This document shows positions 1 to 12,945 of a stretch of DNA of 64,000 nt, one piece after another. The stretch is taken from positions 62,001 through 126,000 of the forward strand of contig JALMLS010000417.1 in the NCBI GenBank assembly GCA_038496445.1, read 5' to 3'. Position 1 is the stretch's first letter. Every line of letters begins with the position of its first letter. The notes beneath the pieces were generated by a model that was not told the origin of the DNA, ran no database searches, and saw nothing but the letters and a program-made list of their open reading frames with translations. The translations under genes and the position numbers were made by a program. Source of the stretch: Trichosphaerium sp. ATCC 40318. Lineage: Eukaryota; Protista; Tubulinea.

Positions 1-2496
1 CGGCCGTACTTTGAGTACAACAAGAATAATAGTGACGATGGCAATGAGAACCAGTATAACGATTATACCACTCACTATAGCAACAGTAGGCAACTCGCTT
101 TGAGATGCACTTTGACAAGCATGTTCAACTTTAAACAGCAAAATGATACTTCCTATGTATAAACTGTTAATACCAACACGTGATGTCTTTAAGACAACAA
201 TCAAAGTGATTGAAAAAAAACGCTGAGTATTGTTTCGTACCCTTGTCGTTATTGATTGGCGATGCTGTAGTTTCAATGCACCCATCAACGGTATTATTAA
301 CAATAACGTCAGCGCTAAAATCCGTACAATCATTCATTGGGTCGTAGTTAATGAGAGTATGAGTCTACGACAACAGAAATGAGACACATCCGCGTTTCAG
401 ACAAACTTACTTGGTCATTTGATACCTCTGTATCCAAAACCATTGTTATTGTACCGTTCACTAGCACACAACCTGAAATCATGGTAAGTTGTTTTATGCC
501 GTGACAAAGGTATACGTACTTCCCACAGTAATTGTTGAGTTAGCAATAAACACGGAAGAGCCATCCAAGGTCAAGTCTCCAAGCACTACATAGGTTCCAT
601 TCCAAGTCGTTGATTCTATTACAAAGATAGGTCCATCTGCAACCCATGTACCTTGGCGTAGAGTTAGTCAAAGGAATAATCAGCTAGTGTACCATTTATA
701 CAAATAAAATCAGATACTGGTGGGTCTCCAAAACAATCATTGCTATTCTGAGGTTTCGATGGAGGTTCAGTGACTGGATCTACGCTAGGTGGTATTGTTG
801 GTGGTGTTGTCAGAACCGTATTTGGAGCAATCGTAGGCGGAGGTGTTTGGGGTACAGGAGCACTTGATGGAGACAAAACAACCCTCTGGTACAATTATTA
901 AAGCAAAGCAATAAACTAAAGCGCTCACCTTCTGAAATGCACCGACGTCGATGTACCCTCTAGCACGTGGATTTCCATCTACTTGAGTGTAAAGATTCCT
1001 TATTGAAAACAAAAATAACATACCAATGTCGTGGAAAGGCTCGACTTCCTCAACACCTTGTAATCGTATTTAGTTTTTGGATATATTTGCAACACGCACC
1101 TCTGAACTCAAACACATTTATCGCGCTATCAGTTAGCCTGTAATCATATATGCCTATATCTTCGAACGTGCTCATTGGAGCGTTGTAGACAGTAGATGAA
1201 GATATGTCCTCATTAGTCATTGTTATTACGTTTTTCCACGCATTTGCAGAGCCAGTATGTTGGGAAAAAGCTGAAAGCCCTAAACTTGTGTAAGTGTTTC
1301 TTAAGTACTAGAGTATGACATGTTAATACCCATTCCAAAGGTGGCGTATACTAAAGAGAAACTTCCTTGTTCATCCACGCAGGGCGAGTGAATAACTACA
1401 AGAGTGAAGGTTAACAATACGGAGATGATAGCGCTTTTACCTTTTTCTACTTTTCCAGTAACCAGTATATTTGAGACTTTGAATTGCGCTCCCTTGTGAC
1501 AGCTAGCTTGGTTTTAATGTAAAACAGTTTCGTTGTTATATTAAACATACTCGAATACTTTTTCAGACGTTTCACTTGTACTTCCGATATAACGAAATCG
1601 GTCTTGAATTAAAATAAATATGAGAAAAAACTACGAAAAAAAAGAGAAAATTATGCACAACTTACCGACTGCCACGTTCTGTGCACAGCTGTCACTACTT
1701 GCTTTTATGAACTCTAGTAGTAATTTAGATTTTATCCACACTTAAATCCTGCGTACTTGAATATGTGCCGTAAACTCGAACATCTGTAACAATCACGTGA
1801 CCAGCACTAACCTCAATACCAGTCGGTGTAGTTCCGGTATTGCTAAACGTAACATTTTTGAAATAAACAAAGCGATCATTGGTTGAAATACACTCTGTGT
1901 TCACGTGCACAATACTAAAAGAAAGAAAAGGTGTCAGCTCAAATATTAACGCTAGACAAAAACAACACTACCGTACCATCCTGGTACATTTTCTGTTTCT
2001 ATTCTCCCAGATATAAACGTTATATTGCTAGACGCTTAGGAAAATGAGGTTGGACTCAAACATTCTTTAGTGTGTTGTTACCTCCTGATACTGAAAATAA
2101 TTCATCACCACGCCCACTAGCTATGAAATTCTCCACTGTAATACCAGTACTGCTAGTTATACTTAAGTTTAAGAATGTAGGCTTAAAAAAAAGTCAATCA
2201 AAAGTCGATAAGAAAAAAAGATCAAATGTAGAATTCTTGAAGAATTATCACGTGCAGGATTATTAGGGTCTCCTTTTATGTGTATATTCGCTTTGCCTGT
2301 TATAGAAATATCGTAAGTGCCTGGTTGAAGAATTATACAAGGCGTTTGCTCCTATAAATTGTAAGATATGTAAAAAACATATACAACCACGTGCTATCAA
2401 CAATTGGCTAAGAGTCTGAGGCTCTGCTTCGCTACATGTCGCGATTATGCATGGCAAAATAATCAATAGCATAGTACATATCGCATTGAGTGTCAT
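1..2496 (-). CDS. Multi-exon single-pass surface protein with a probable beta-helix (choice-of-anchor Q-like) ectodomain, Pro/Thr stalk and C-terminal TM helix; runs off the window edge
   Basis: N-terminal hydrophobic signal MTLNAICTMLLIILPCIIATCS; motif DGNPRARGYIDVGAFQ resembles the choice-of-anchor Q end motif; P/T-rich stalk (ORF 664-894); TM TVAIVSGIIVILVLIAIVTIILVVLKVRP at 1-90; many short introns. Confidence 0.55.
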
Positions 2497-3158
2497 GACG
2501 CAGAAGTATTGACAATAAAGAGCGTTGAAGTGAAATAAAATCTGATAAGCCATTGAAGGCTTAAACAAAACTCAAGCAAATAAGGTAAATCAAAACTACC
2601 TAGTATTACGATTATCTAATTAAATACTATACAGTCTTTTCTATCGACTTTTCGATTGTAATGTCGCGTCAACCCTTATTTGAGCGCACTTTTTATTCCA
2701 GAGATGCACACAATCTCACCTGTCAGCAGAACAAAAATGGCGATCATTCTTGATAATATACCGGTTTTATACACTACTACAGGAATCTAATTCACAAAAA
2801 AAATGTAGCCCAATTAGTAAAACATTGGGTTGCCGTTACCCAATAGTTTACTTTCATAACGCTTCGGTAGGTTGGCGATAACGTCAAAGGAAATGGTAGT
2901 AGCTTAAGAATAAGTTACGATAAAACTCTACATGGAAGTACCTTATCTTTTTATCACACCTTTTCCATACCAAAGAAAAGGTAGGTAAGTGACAGATAAA
3001 TCTTTTTATCTCCACACAAAGAAGTTACGAATTTTTATGATTTTTGAACGTTAAGTCAACAAAACAGGTTTTAAATGCAATGAGACGCACTAATAACTAA
3101 GTAACATCACATTGGGAGGGACCATTGCTATTTTTCCAAACAGTGTTCTTTTTTTGTA

Positions 3159-4128
3159 TTAATACACGAATGGAACCATTATTTTTCTTTCTGGAGGATA
3201 TTGAGACCAATTCTTCTTGTATTCGTTATGTTTTTGTGTTGCACGTGTTCCCATGGCAAGAGCTGATGCAATAAGGAATAAAACGCTAGCAACTTGGAAC
3301 TCTCCAACACTATAAAACAAGTAAATCAGCAAACCACAAAGTGCTCAGGAAGAAAATTCTGTTTAACTTTTTTCTTGTTTTTGTTTTTTCATGACAAACT
3401 TGTACGCACGATAGATTCCAGCCAACCCATGTGACTAATTCGCAAAAGTAGTGAGGTGCTGTAACGTAGTCAAATAGACCTCCTTTCATCATTTGATGGC
3501 GTTTAGATACTGGTAAAATGAGTCCTCGTGACTTTTTTTTAAGTTCTTCAAATTTTTTCTGAGAGCGCTTTATGCTGAACAAGTAATGGTAATAAGCATT
3601 ACCAGCTTCTCCGGCAAGAAATACGAGTACGCCAAGAACAGAAATAATGGAAATAGATCTAGGCGTTTCGTCCCAATGTACACCATCACTAAAAGAGAGT
3701 TTAGGCATTGCATTAGTGAGAATATGTTTAAACGGAGACAGTCAGCTAGTTTAACTGCGTTTTAGCGTAATCGCTGCTATAAACTGCGTGACACGTCAGT
3801 ACATTCCGTCCATGGAATGGCCTACGTTCGCGTACCTTACAAACCAACCGAACAGACCGTAGTATAGCGGCATGCCAAAAAATTCAGCTAGTGAGAAGAC
3901 TGCGATAAACCTATACACTAGATTAAGATGTTTTAAGTATAATTTTATGTACTTGTGCTCCAGCAACGACTCTAAAACGCGTCGCGCGTAATGAAGGCAC
4001 CATAAAGCAGCTAGAATAGATCTAAGCGCGTCTCGCTCTTTTTGCTTCACTGCACGAAGCATAAAGAGGATAAAGCCAAGGGAATACCCAATAACAGTTA
4101 TATAACGCTTAAAACCAGTTTGCATCAT
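3159..4128 (-). CDS. 3-oxo-5-alpha-steroid 4-dehydrogenase / enoyl reductase-like membrane enzyme (SRD5A/TECR family)
   Basis: Motifs WCLHYARRVLESL, GGLFDYVTAPHYFCELVTW and C-terminal YPPERKIMVPFVY*; stop at 3159; start uncertain. Confidence 0.8.
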
Positions 4129-4530
4129 GTTGAATAGCACTTTATGTTGGTACGGAATAGTCAATTACGGGATTTTAAAGCACGTCTCAAAATGCGCTCT
4201 TCGAGTGTAAACTGTTCAATCACAATTCTTGTTTGACACGTCCAAGAATGAGTCACTTTATTTTCTTTCCGTTATTTAATACGCGTGCGTATTACACAAC
4301 GATTTGTTATTGTTAACGTGGCAGAAAATTATGTTGACAAAGATGTACTGACACAGAAAACTTATAACAGTACGTAATTGTTGTTATACTCATTGTGGGG
4401 TGTTCAACGAGCCACAGGCGTCGTACATACAAGCATTACAAACGATGACCTAAACGGTCAAAAGTTTTCGTGAGAAAGTTAGAATTAGTGACTCACGCCA
4501 ACACGACACTTCATAGTGTCTATTATAAAT

Positions 4531-7500
4531 ATGACCAACCCTAAAAAAATCGGCGTATTCTTTGGATTGTTACTACTAATCCAAGCGTGCAGTGTACGTG
4601 TAACCAAACTATGCTTGTATTGCAATTTTCGTCACAATTTGGTGCGTTGTAGGTAGATCTGACGCGTTTTCTTGTAGGGCTTTACAGGCTCAGCTAGCCG
4701 CGGATTTAATGCTGTAGTAAGTCAGATTGCACTATTTCAGACCGAAGGAGGTGGTTTTCTACTCTCTGAGGACTCTTTGCCGTCATTAGAAGCGACATCA
4801 TACGCACTCTTCCTATCGTCATTATTTGGCCTTCGAGACAAGGTAACACGAGCAGCAATTGCATTTGCCGTGCGTATCAACGCTAAACAAGCGACTAGAT
4901 CAACCCAAACGAAATCACCAAGTTTATTGGTCATTTGAACAACAAAGACGGAGGATACTCTGATTTGGAGGGTGGAAACTCAGACATCGCAAGCGTTAGG
5001 TATGTGTTGACGTGTCAGCTTCAAAGTCAACGAAAAACTCAATTATTGTCAGATTTGCTCTCTTGTGTTACCAACACTTGGGCGGTGCCATCCCAGAAGC
5101 CGACAGAGTAGCTGTATTCCTTGCCAGCAAATATGATTCATCATCAAAATTTTTCAAAAACAACGCAGGAACAAAGGCTGATATTAAAGCCACAGCACTT
5201 GCACTACAAAGTTTTGACTTGTTAGGTGGTTCTGAGGTATGTTCTTAATTGTTTAGGCGCTGTGTGACGTTGTATTAATTGGATTTTTTTAGAGATCACA
5301 AGTAAGCAAAATCAAGGGCGCCATTAAGACACAATTGGGTACGTTTCATTTTTATTGTTTTCATCAAAATGATGACAAGTTAAAAAATCTTGAAGCGCAT
5401 TTGCGCTTTTTTTTCGATCTTGTTTTCAGTATTCGACGTGTTGCTGTGTACTGACCCTTCCATTAGCCAAGTTTGTAAAAACTAGTAAGACTGGTAAACA
5501 TTTCGCATTCAGCGGTCTTGATGATGTACGTGTAGCAGTGGTCAGAGCCTGATTGCAATTATTGTTTTTTTTTTTGACAACTTTTTTTTTTCTTGTGCTT
5601 ATACTCTTTGTAGTTGGAAGGCAACTACTACGGTATTGTTGCAGCTAAATTAGTCGGTTTTGAATTCGGTGATGTAAATGAATGGGCAAAATACATTGTA
5701 GCTAAGCAAATTACTTCCGGAGATGGCGTACGTACCCAAAATTTAATTTATTTACTGTGACTAATGTACTTCTTTTAGCTTGGCGGTTTCGTCGGTCCTA
5801 AAGGTGTCCCAAGCGTAGATGATAGTTCTTTCGCTGTCCGCGCTCTTGCTTCCCTCCCAGGTCTCGAGAAAGACTTCGGGTACGCCTTTTTTTCTTAGTC
5901 ATGTATTATTTTTGTCTAACTCTCAGTTTTAGTATTGATGCTGCCTCTCTCCTTGACTTTTTCGAACAAAACGTTCAACATGATATCCGTGAAGCTGTGA
6001 CTGCCCATACCGCTGTCGCTCTTACTTCCGCTTACCAAGAACTCTTCACCATTCAAATTTCTTATGAAGTCTTGGACAACAGAGTTGGTGGTATCGTCGG
6101 ACCACGTGTCATCCAAGGAATTCAATTGAAACCTGTCGTCGTTGTAAAGACTGTCTATGGCTTTGCTCATGCTGGTCTCGACATTGGCGTCAAAATTGAT
6201 CACCCTGGTGATGTAAAGAACTTTAAATTGCAATACAACTCAGACACTCAACAATACGTTGCTGCTGAGTTCTATGAAACCAAGGGTAAATTGGGTAACC
6301 TTGACTTTGACTACGACTTTGGTTGTGACGTCATTGATTTGGGTACTCCAGTCAAGTTCCAACGCAAAGGTACAAGAATTTACTCCACTGTTTTTTTTTT
6401 CTTTTTTTCTTCTTTTCGTGCTTGTTCTTACTGTATTTGTTTTTAGAGGCCAAGAAGATCGGTTACGGTATCAACGTCCGCTCTGAAGCTAACCTTGGTG
6501 GTAAAGCCATCAGCCCTGGTGATGTTGTCGGTATTGGTAGCGAGTTCGAGTTTGGTGTTGCTCTACGTACCCAAGAACAAAAATCTTTGACTGAGGGTGA
6601 CTTCACTCTTATTTTCTCTGTCTTGGATTCTTCTGGTGTTTCTATCCACAGCGAAGTATTGAACGGTAAAGACAACAAGTACGGCATAATTGTTTAGTTG
6701 AAATAAAGCTAACAAGCGCTTTTAGGAAAGCAATCACTTTCGCTTACACTTTGACTTCATCAAACATTCCATCCGGTTCCATTGATTTCCGTTTCGAGGT
6801 CAAAAACAGTGCTGGTGTCCATACTACCCACACTGTTACATACTTGTTGAGCATCCCTATGATTGGTACGTTTTCACTTGATTTTTTGCAACACGTGACT
6901 TGACAAAGCAACTAACAAGTCAGTTTGCTTTCCGGTTTTTTTGTTTTTGGGTCAGGTTTGCTTACTTTTTTGGTAGCTACTGATATCAAATTCTTGAACT
7001 TCAACAAGAAGGATAAACAAGATAGACCACAATACAAGGTTGGCGATACAATCGCTGTTGAGATGGTCCCTGCATCTCTCCCTGATTTGAGAACTGTCAA
7101 GACTTACGATAAAGCTAACGCTGCTGAACGTAAATTTTTCATGGACATTTCTACAACTAGCGACAAGTACGACTGAAATACAACATTATGATAATTTTTT
7201 TCTCCTTTTTCAAAGTGCCTAACAACCTTTCTTTGCTTTGACGTGGCAAAAAAGGGCGTACTTGTGTTGACTTTTTTTTTGTTTTTATTTTTGGTGATGT
7301 TGTTTGCTTATTGTTTTTCGCGTTTAGCCGTCAAGTCCTCAGATCTATCCCTGGTAAATCTTCTGGTGCTAAATACACATTCTCCCTTCCTGTTACAGCT
7401 TCCTTTGACTCTCTTGGTTCAAGCTTGATCTCTTTCCGCTTCGAAACCGCTGACAGCAAATCTATTGATCTTGCTCCTTATGATTCTGATATTGATGAGC

Positions 7501-9031
7501 TTATGGATGAAACTGATGCTCTTGGTTACGCCATTGAGTCTGAACTCCATGTTGTTGAAACAAAGAACCGTCCAAAGGATCCTAACTTGTACTACGGTAA
7601 CAAGGTCGCTTTCACATTCAAAGTAAAAGATACAGTCAGTGATAAATACATCTGGCCTGGTACGTTCATTTAAGGTTACATAAAAATGTGACACACTTGT
7701 TTTTAAACGATGTGGACTGACATGCTTCTTTATAGGTAAGGATCGCGCAACCACATACTTGCTTCTTCGTCATGAAGACAAGAGCAGAAGCACACCTTTT
7801 GTCAGCGCAAAACAAGCCGCTGAGGTCCAAACTGATGCTCATGGAAAACCAGAAAAGTTTGCCATCTCTTGGGATGTTAACCCTAACGCTATTAACGGAA
7901 AGGGTCAACTTGTTCTTGCTGCTGAAGGACCTGATGGTTCTAGTGTACCTCTCTTTATGTCCAAATCTAAAAAGGAATGGGCTGTCAATGTTGTCATTGG
8001 AGGAGAGATTGATGTTGATGCACGTTACCACTCTTTTGCTGGAGACGAGGATACTGAAGCTAGTTTCATTGCTACCTTTGACTTGTCTTGCAAGGGCAAA
8101 ACTCTAGCTGTACGTCCAAGAACCGCACTGAAGGCTTTTTCTTTTGGTGTTCAAAACTTTATCGAAGGAAATTCTTTTTTTTCTTTTCTTTTTTTTTGTG
8201 AATCCGGCAGACACTCCTTGGTCTTTGTTAAGTAGTTAACTACATCGTACTTCCGTCTTCCCGGAAATTAAATTTCAGCCTGAGAAAAAACACCTCACGA
8301 CCTTACACTAGATGGTCATGAGACACCTGTCCTTAAGGCAAATTTTACATTGTTCGCTCAAACTTTTGTTTTGTTGGTTCTTTTTTAGTAGTACCTTCCT
8401 TCAAAGCTTTGACTCACTGTTGTCTTATAGGGCGCTCTCTTGCACGCTTCAATCTCCCTTGCTGGAGAAGATTCAACAGAGATCGTATCTGTCCCAGTTG
8501 TCCGTACAAGTGCAGGACAATACCAAGTATCTTGGACTCTTGAGAAACCACAAAGCGGTGAATACGTTATTGACGTATACCGTGAGGTTGATCGTCAACG
8601 TGCTCTTGAAAGCGCATCTGCTAAGGGAGGATTTGTTGCCAAACCATTGATCACATTGTCCCTTAACTTCAACGTACGTTAAGAAAGTTTCTTTTTTCTT
8701 TTTGTTTGTCTTTTCTTTTATGTCTTCTCTACTGTTTTGCTACGCTCACAGTGCATTCGTTTGTGTGACATTGATTCCTCTTTGTTCATACGCTCATTGA
8801 GTACTTTGAGGCCGGCGGTGTTTTTTGTGGTGACTACGCTTGCAGTGGAAAAACAATATTTTTTTTGGATTGTTTTTGGGTTGATGTTAACTTTTCTCTC
8901 TTTAGGCTAATGCTTACATTCGTTTGCCTGTCCGTACTGAGTTCCTTTTCCTCATTCTTTTCTTGGGATTATTCGTTACTGTTAGTTACAAGAAGATTGA
9001 GATGGAAGGAGAAAACAAGAAGAGACGTTAA
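4531..9031 (+). CDS. Large type I membrane protein: signal peptide, N-terminal prenyltransferase/squalene-cyclase-like helical repeats, beta-sandwich-like domains, one C-terminal TM and a basic tail (possibly ribophorin II-related)
   Basis: ATG 4531 MTNPKKIGVFFGLLLLIQACS; repeats such as GGFSTL..SLEATSYAL, ADIKATALALQSFDLLG and GGFVGP..SVDDSSFAVRALASL; C-terminus TEFLFLILFLGLFVTVSYKKIEMEGENKKRR*; many GT-AG introns; actin-like biased codon usage. Confidence 0.6.
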
Positions 9032-9449
9032 GTCAAAAAAAATTCTTGAACTTCTTTTTTCAAAAAAAAATATTAACAAACAATAATAATGCCTGGTTGG
9101 CCCTAGACAATAAGATGTTAACTTCTTGTGTCTATTTAAAAAAAAAAGGCAAAAAAGTAAAAAGTCACATTTTTGTAATTACGAGCTGTTGTTTTTCTTT
9201 GGGAGCTACCGCCTACGCTATGTTTAAAAAAAGCGTGTGAAGTGGACAGTGAAAGAACACTTCTTTGAGAATCACGTGTTCGGTTCAAGAAGACTGTTCT
9301 TATCTATGTTTGATTTTTAAACCAAATCAATGTTGTGTAGTCTAGCTATGAATTGTCTGCTCTCGAAATAAAGAGTCAGCACAGGTCCGCTGCTAAAGCA
9401 AAAAAAGTAAATCTTGCCAACGTGCGTTTAACTCCAGCGCAAAAAGTAG

Positions 9450-9806
9450 ATGACAAATTTCAACCAAGCCTATAGAGGTGGCGTAACCCCGATAACTGGA
9501 GGTTGGAGCTCGGAATGGAGGAATGTACGAACAAAATTCAGAAACTACTCTAGAGCAGGCGACAACCTTTGGATTGGCATCACGTCAAATGGAGTGAGCG
9601 GTTGCAGAGCTAGATGGAACCAGAAATACAAACACTTGGGTTTGAACCGCATGATGCCATTGTACGAAACTTCGAGCGACGACTTCAGGAAGAAGATGGA
9701 ATTGCGGTTAACCGAGTTGATGGTTGATTTGGATAATGTAAATAACGGCGGTGGCGGTCCGGCTGGAAGTCCCCCGTATATTGTCTACGGATGTTGGAGA
9801 GAATAA
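9450..9806 (+). CDS. Intronless 118-aa protein with GIY-YIG-nuclease-like signature
   Basis: Clean ORF preceded by an in-frame TAG; WIGITS..R.RWNQKY..LYETSS..KMELRL..DNVNNGGGG..PPYIVY resembles small bacterial GIY-YIG-like proteins (recognition, not a search result). Confidence 0.55.
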   Translation: MTNFNQAYRGGVTPITGGWSSEWRNVRTKFRNYSRAGDNLWIGITSNGVSGCRARWNQKYKHLGLNRMMPLYETSSDDFRKKMELRLTELMVDLDNVNNGGGGPAGSPPYIVYGCWRE

Positions 9807-10119
9807 AACGAAGCGAATTGATACTGACACAAACTCGAACTTTTTTTATTCATTTTTTTTTGTTTTTGGCTGGTTCGTCTTCTTCCATGATTTTGGGTTC
9901 GTCCTCAACGGATTAAGCAGCAACTCTCGCTTCTTCTTTGCGTTGTCCTTGATTAGCAGTATATTTGTTGTACTTTGAATGAGGTAGCACTAAGCGATTT
10001 GCTCCGTTCAAAATAAGTCAAAACAGTAAGAAAAAAAATACTGCTTACTCATTTGGTGCTGGAAACTAAATTAACACAAATAAGGCTATTTTTAAGCTTA
10101 GCATCTTATTGTGCATAGA

Positions 10120-11380
10120 ATGGACGACGTTGTAGCCGTTGAGTAAGTTCTAGCTTATGTATTGCTTTAATTAACAGTCAATAAAGCGAACAAGACATAC
10201 ATCATCTCTTACATCTTCCTGTGGAAGTAATAACGTACTTTATTGAATACTTGGATCGCTTTTCGCGACTTAGAGCCACACGTGTCTGTTGGCTCTTTCG
10301 TGACATCGTATACAACAATGTGGGCTTAGGGATTATCAGAGTAACGTCAAAGGAACGCTTACAGAACCTCTCAAGAAGTCCTCTTTTAAAGAATACAACA
10401 ATTGATGTTAGGCTGCTTGCTAAACTAGATGATGCAGACTTATCTTATCTCTCTGGTGCATATAGCATCAAGCTATGGAATAACAATCATATAACAAATG
10501 AAGGTATCAAGCATATCTCTGGTGTACAGAAACTTGTGATGAGATGTATACAAATCACAGATGAAGGCATGGAAGTTCTATCAGGTGTTCAAAAGATTTC
10601 ACTTTATAATGCTAGGAATCTAACGCCTAGGGGTTTAAGGCTATATCTACAGCAAAATATGTTTCTTTGTACAACTCAATAATAACAGATGAAGGTTTAA
10701 AGCATTTTAAAGGAGTTGAGGCAATAAAGTTAGCGAAATGTAAGAATATTACAGATCTCGGCATTAAGTCACTCTCAGGTGTTCATACTCTTATACTTGA
10801 CGCTACGAATGTTACAGATGAAGGCATACTATCTCTTGTTTCAAATGGAAACACTGTTCCTCGTATAAGCTTAAGATGTTGTATGAATATTACTGACAAA
10901 GGTGTTAAAAAACTTAGTGGATCAAGGTTTATTGACATAGGTCGTACTAATGTTACTGATGATGGTTTATCTTCTCTTGGTTGTGTTCCTTCTCTTTGCA
11001 TTAGTGGGTGTACAAAAATATCTTTAAAAGGTATATCAGCATTAAAGAGTGTTCATGCTATTGATATTTCAAGGACTGGTGCTAAGGATTCTTGGCTTTG
11101 TGTTTTATCTCATGTTTTTCGTATTACTCTTGATGGGAATGAAGATATTACAGATTTTGGTATTAAAGCTCTTGGTGGTGTTAAACGTATTAGCATGGCT
11201 GGGTGTGATAAAATAACAAATGCTGGCGTTGTATTCTTGAAGAGTGTTGAAACTTTGAATGTGTCAGAATGTAAAAATCTTACAAAAGATGTATTGGAAC
11301 ATTTGACATGTCTGAAGTTTCTGACTTGTCGTCGTACTAATTTACCACACCAATATAAAAACATTAGAATAAACCACTAG
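10120..11380 (+). CDS. F-box + leucine-rich repeat protein with a 1-nt frameshift near 10638 (pseudogene or assembly error)
   Basis: Exon 10120-10142, intron 10143-10186, then LLHLPVEVITYFIEYLD (F-box) and 22-25 aa LRRs (ITDEGxKxLSGVxxIxL); frame switches at GGTTTAAGG|CTATATCT. Confidence 0.75.
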
Positions 11381-11776
11381 ACGTTTAGTTAGGACAAAGT
11401 AATTTAATTGACCAGGACAACAAGGACTCTAAAAAAAAGTTCCAAGTTATTGTGTTTCAAGTGTTATAGTTGTTGAACTTTGGATATGCTCATAGTGGTG
11501 TTTTTAGGTCGTTTTATCTTCTTGTACTGGTTTATTAGTCTTGTAATCACGAGTACATCTAATGAATACCTTAACACGTGTACTGGGAAGGTTTAAAGAA
11601 AAACCTTCAATTTTGTCACCTCTCTTTGGTATTACAAAGATAATCATAGTTGCAACATTGTGAGCGGGTAGTGCTGTTTTATGGCAGTACAGAGCAAAGA
11701 CAACGATTTACAGACAGATAATATGAGTGTTATGCAGGGTGCAAGCCGAAAACGCATTGAGTATAGTTAATGTAAT

Positions 11777-12339
11777 TTATTTTATTAATGCACGGTTGGT
11801 ATCTTGGTCATCATCAAAACATTTAGCTAGTGCATAACAAGGAGTACAAAAGAAACAACAAAGACACTCGCCTCCAGAACTTTCCCTTTCAGTGCACTTA
11901 AAATCTTAAGTTAGTCCCAATACTAAGAGTAAAGCAACATACCTTTGAACAAGCATAGCATGGAGTACAAAAGAAGCAACATAACGCCTCTCCAATGCTC
12001 GCACCTTGACAAATACATTAGCCATGTAGGCGTAGCTTTAAATCAGCAAATACGCCCAAAACCACGTGTGGTTTATTTTTCTTCATTTTCTACTTGCTCG
12101 TTTCAAAAGTGGGTACATACCATATCCTTTACCACCACCGAGTAGTTTACCATCCTTGTTATCGTATGCGCTCATTTTATATTCGCTATGGTGACATTCT
12201 TCTTCTACATCGTCGACCTTTTCGACTACTGTATTCATCATCCAACTCCAAATACCTTTGCCGGTGTCACTTTCGTTGGTTACCTAACGGGTGGTGTAAA
12301 CTTTTGCATCTATAGTATTGTACGTACTGTCATGCTCAT
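11777..12339 (-). CDS. Small four-exon Cys-rich protein with a duplicated GExLCCFFCTPCYA motif (CYSTM/PLAC8-like)
   Basis: Manual splicing gives MSMT|VTNESDTGKGIWSWMMNTVVEKVDDVEEECHH...GGGKGY|GASIGEALCCFFCTPCYACSK|DFKCTERESSGGECLCCFFCTPCYALAKCFDDDQDTNRALIK*; missed by the ORF track. Confidence 0.65.
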
Positions 12340-12945
12340 GGTAGTTGTCACGTGAATATTCTGTTGAATTGATGACAATAAGCAAGGTTTTTAAATTGCG
12401 TTCCGTGGTGACTTATCTTGAAATATTGAGAAACACAGATATCACTCTGTGTGCCACAATAAAAACGAAAAGTGCTTATTATACTAATGGCAACTGAAAA
12501 ATACACAAACGATTGCGTATTGACAACTTCTCAAAATTGTGAGGAATGGTCGAGGTACTTAGGGATATTCGGGATATTTAGTGCCATCCTACGCTTCACC
12601 GTTTCTCACAACGTTAGGTGCGCGGTACACAACATTTTTCTATTTACCGCTGCCTCGGTTGTCAATTTCAAGAATAGTGCCTAAGAACAGTTAGAAGTTA
12701 GGTTTGCCTAACTCTCTGTGAATCAATCACATAGGGGTACAGCCATTTTGACATCACTACAAAATCATAATAAAAAGAGAAGGAAAGCTAGTAACTTGAC
12801 TCGTTAATGATGAAATCTGAACAGACATGAAGAATGCTAGGCAACACATTTAATATCCATAAATTTATTTAAGGTTTGCGGTGTTACTTTAAAAGAAGTG
12901 CGCAAACGTTGGTTAAACTCTGGGTTTACAAAGATTGAATTTTTA

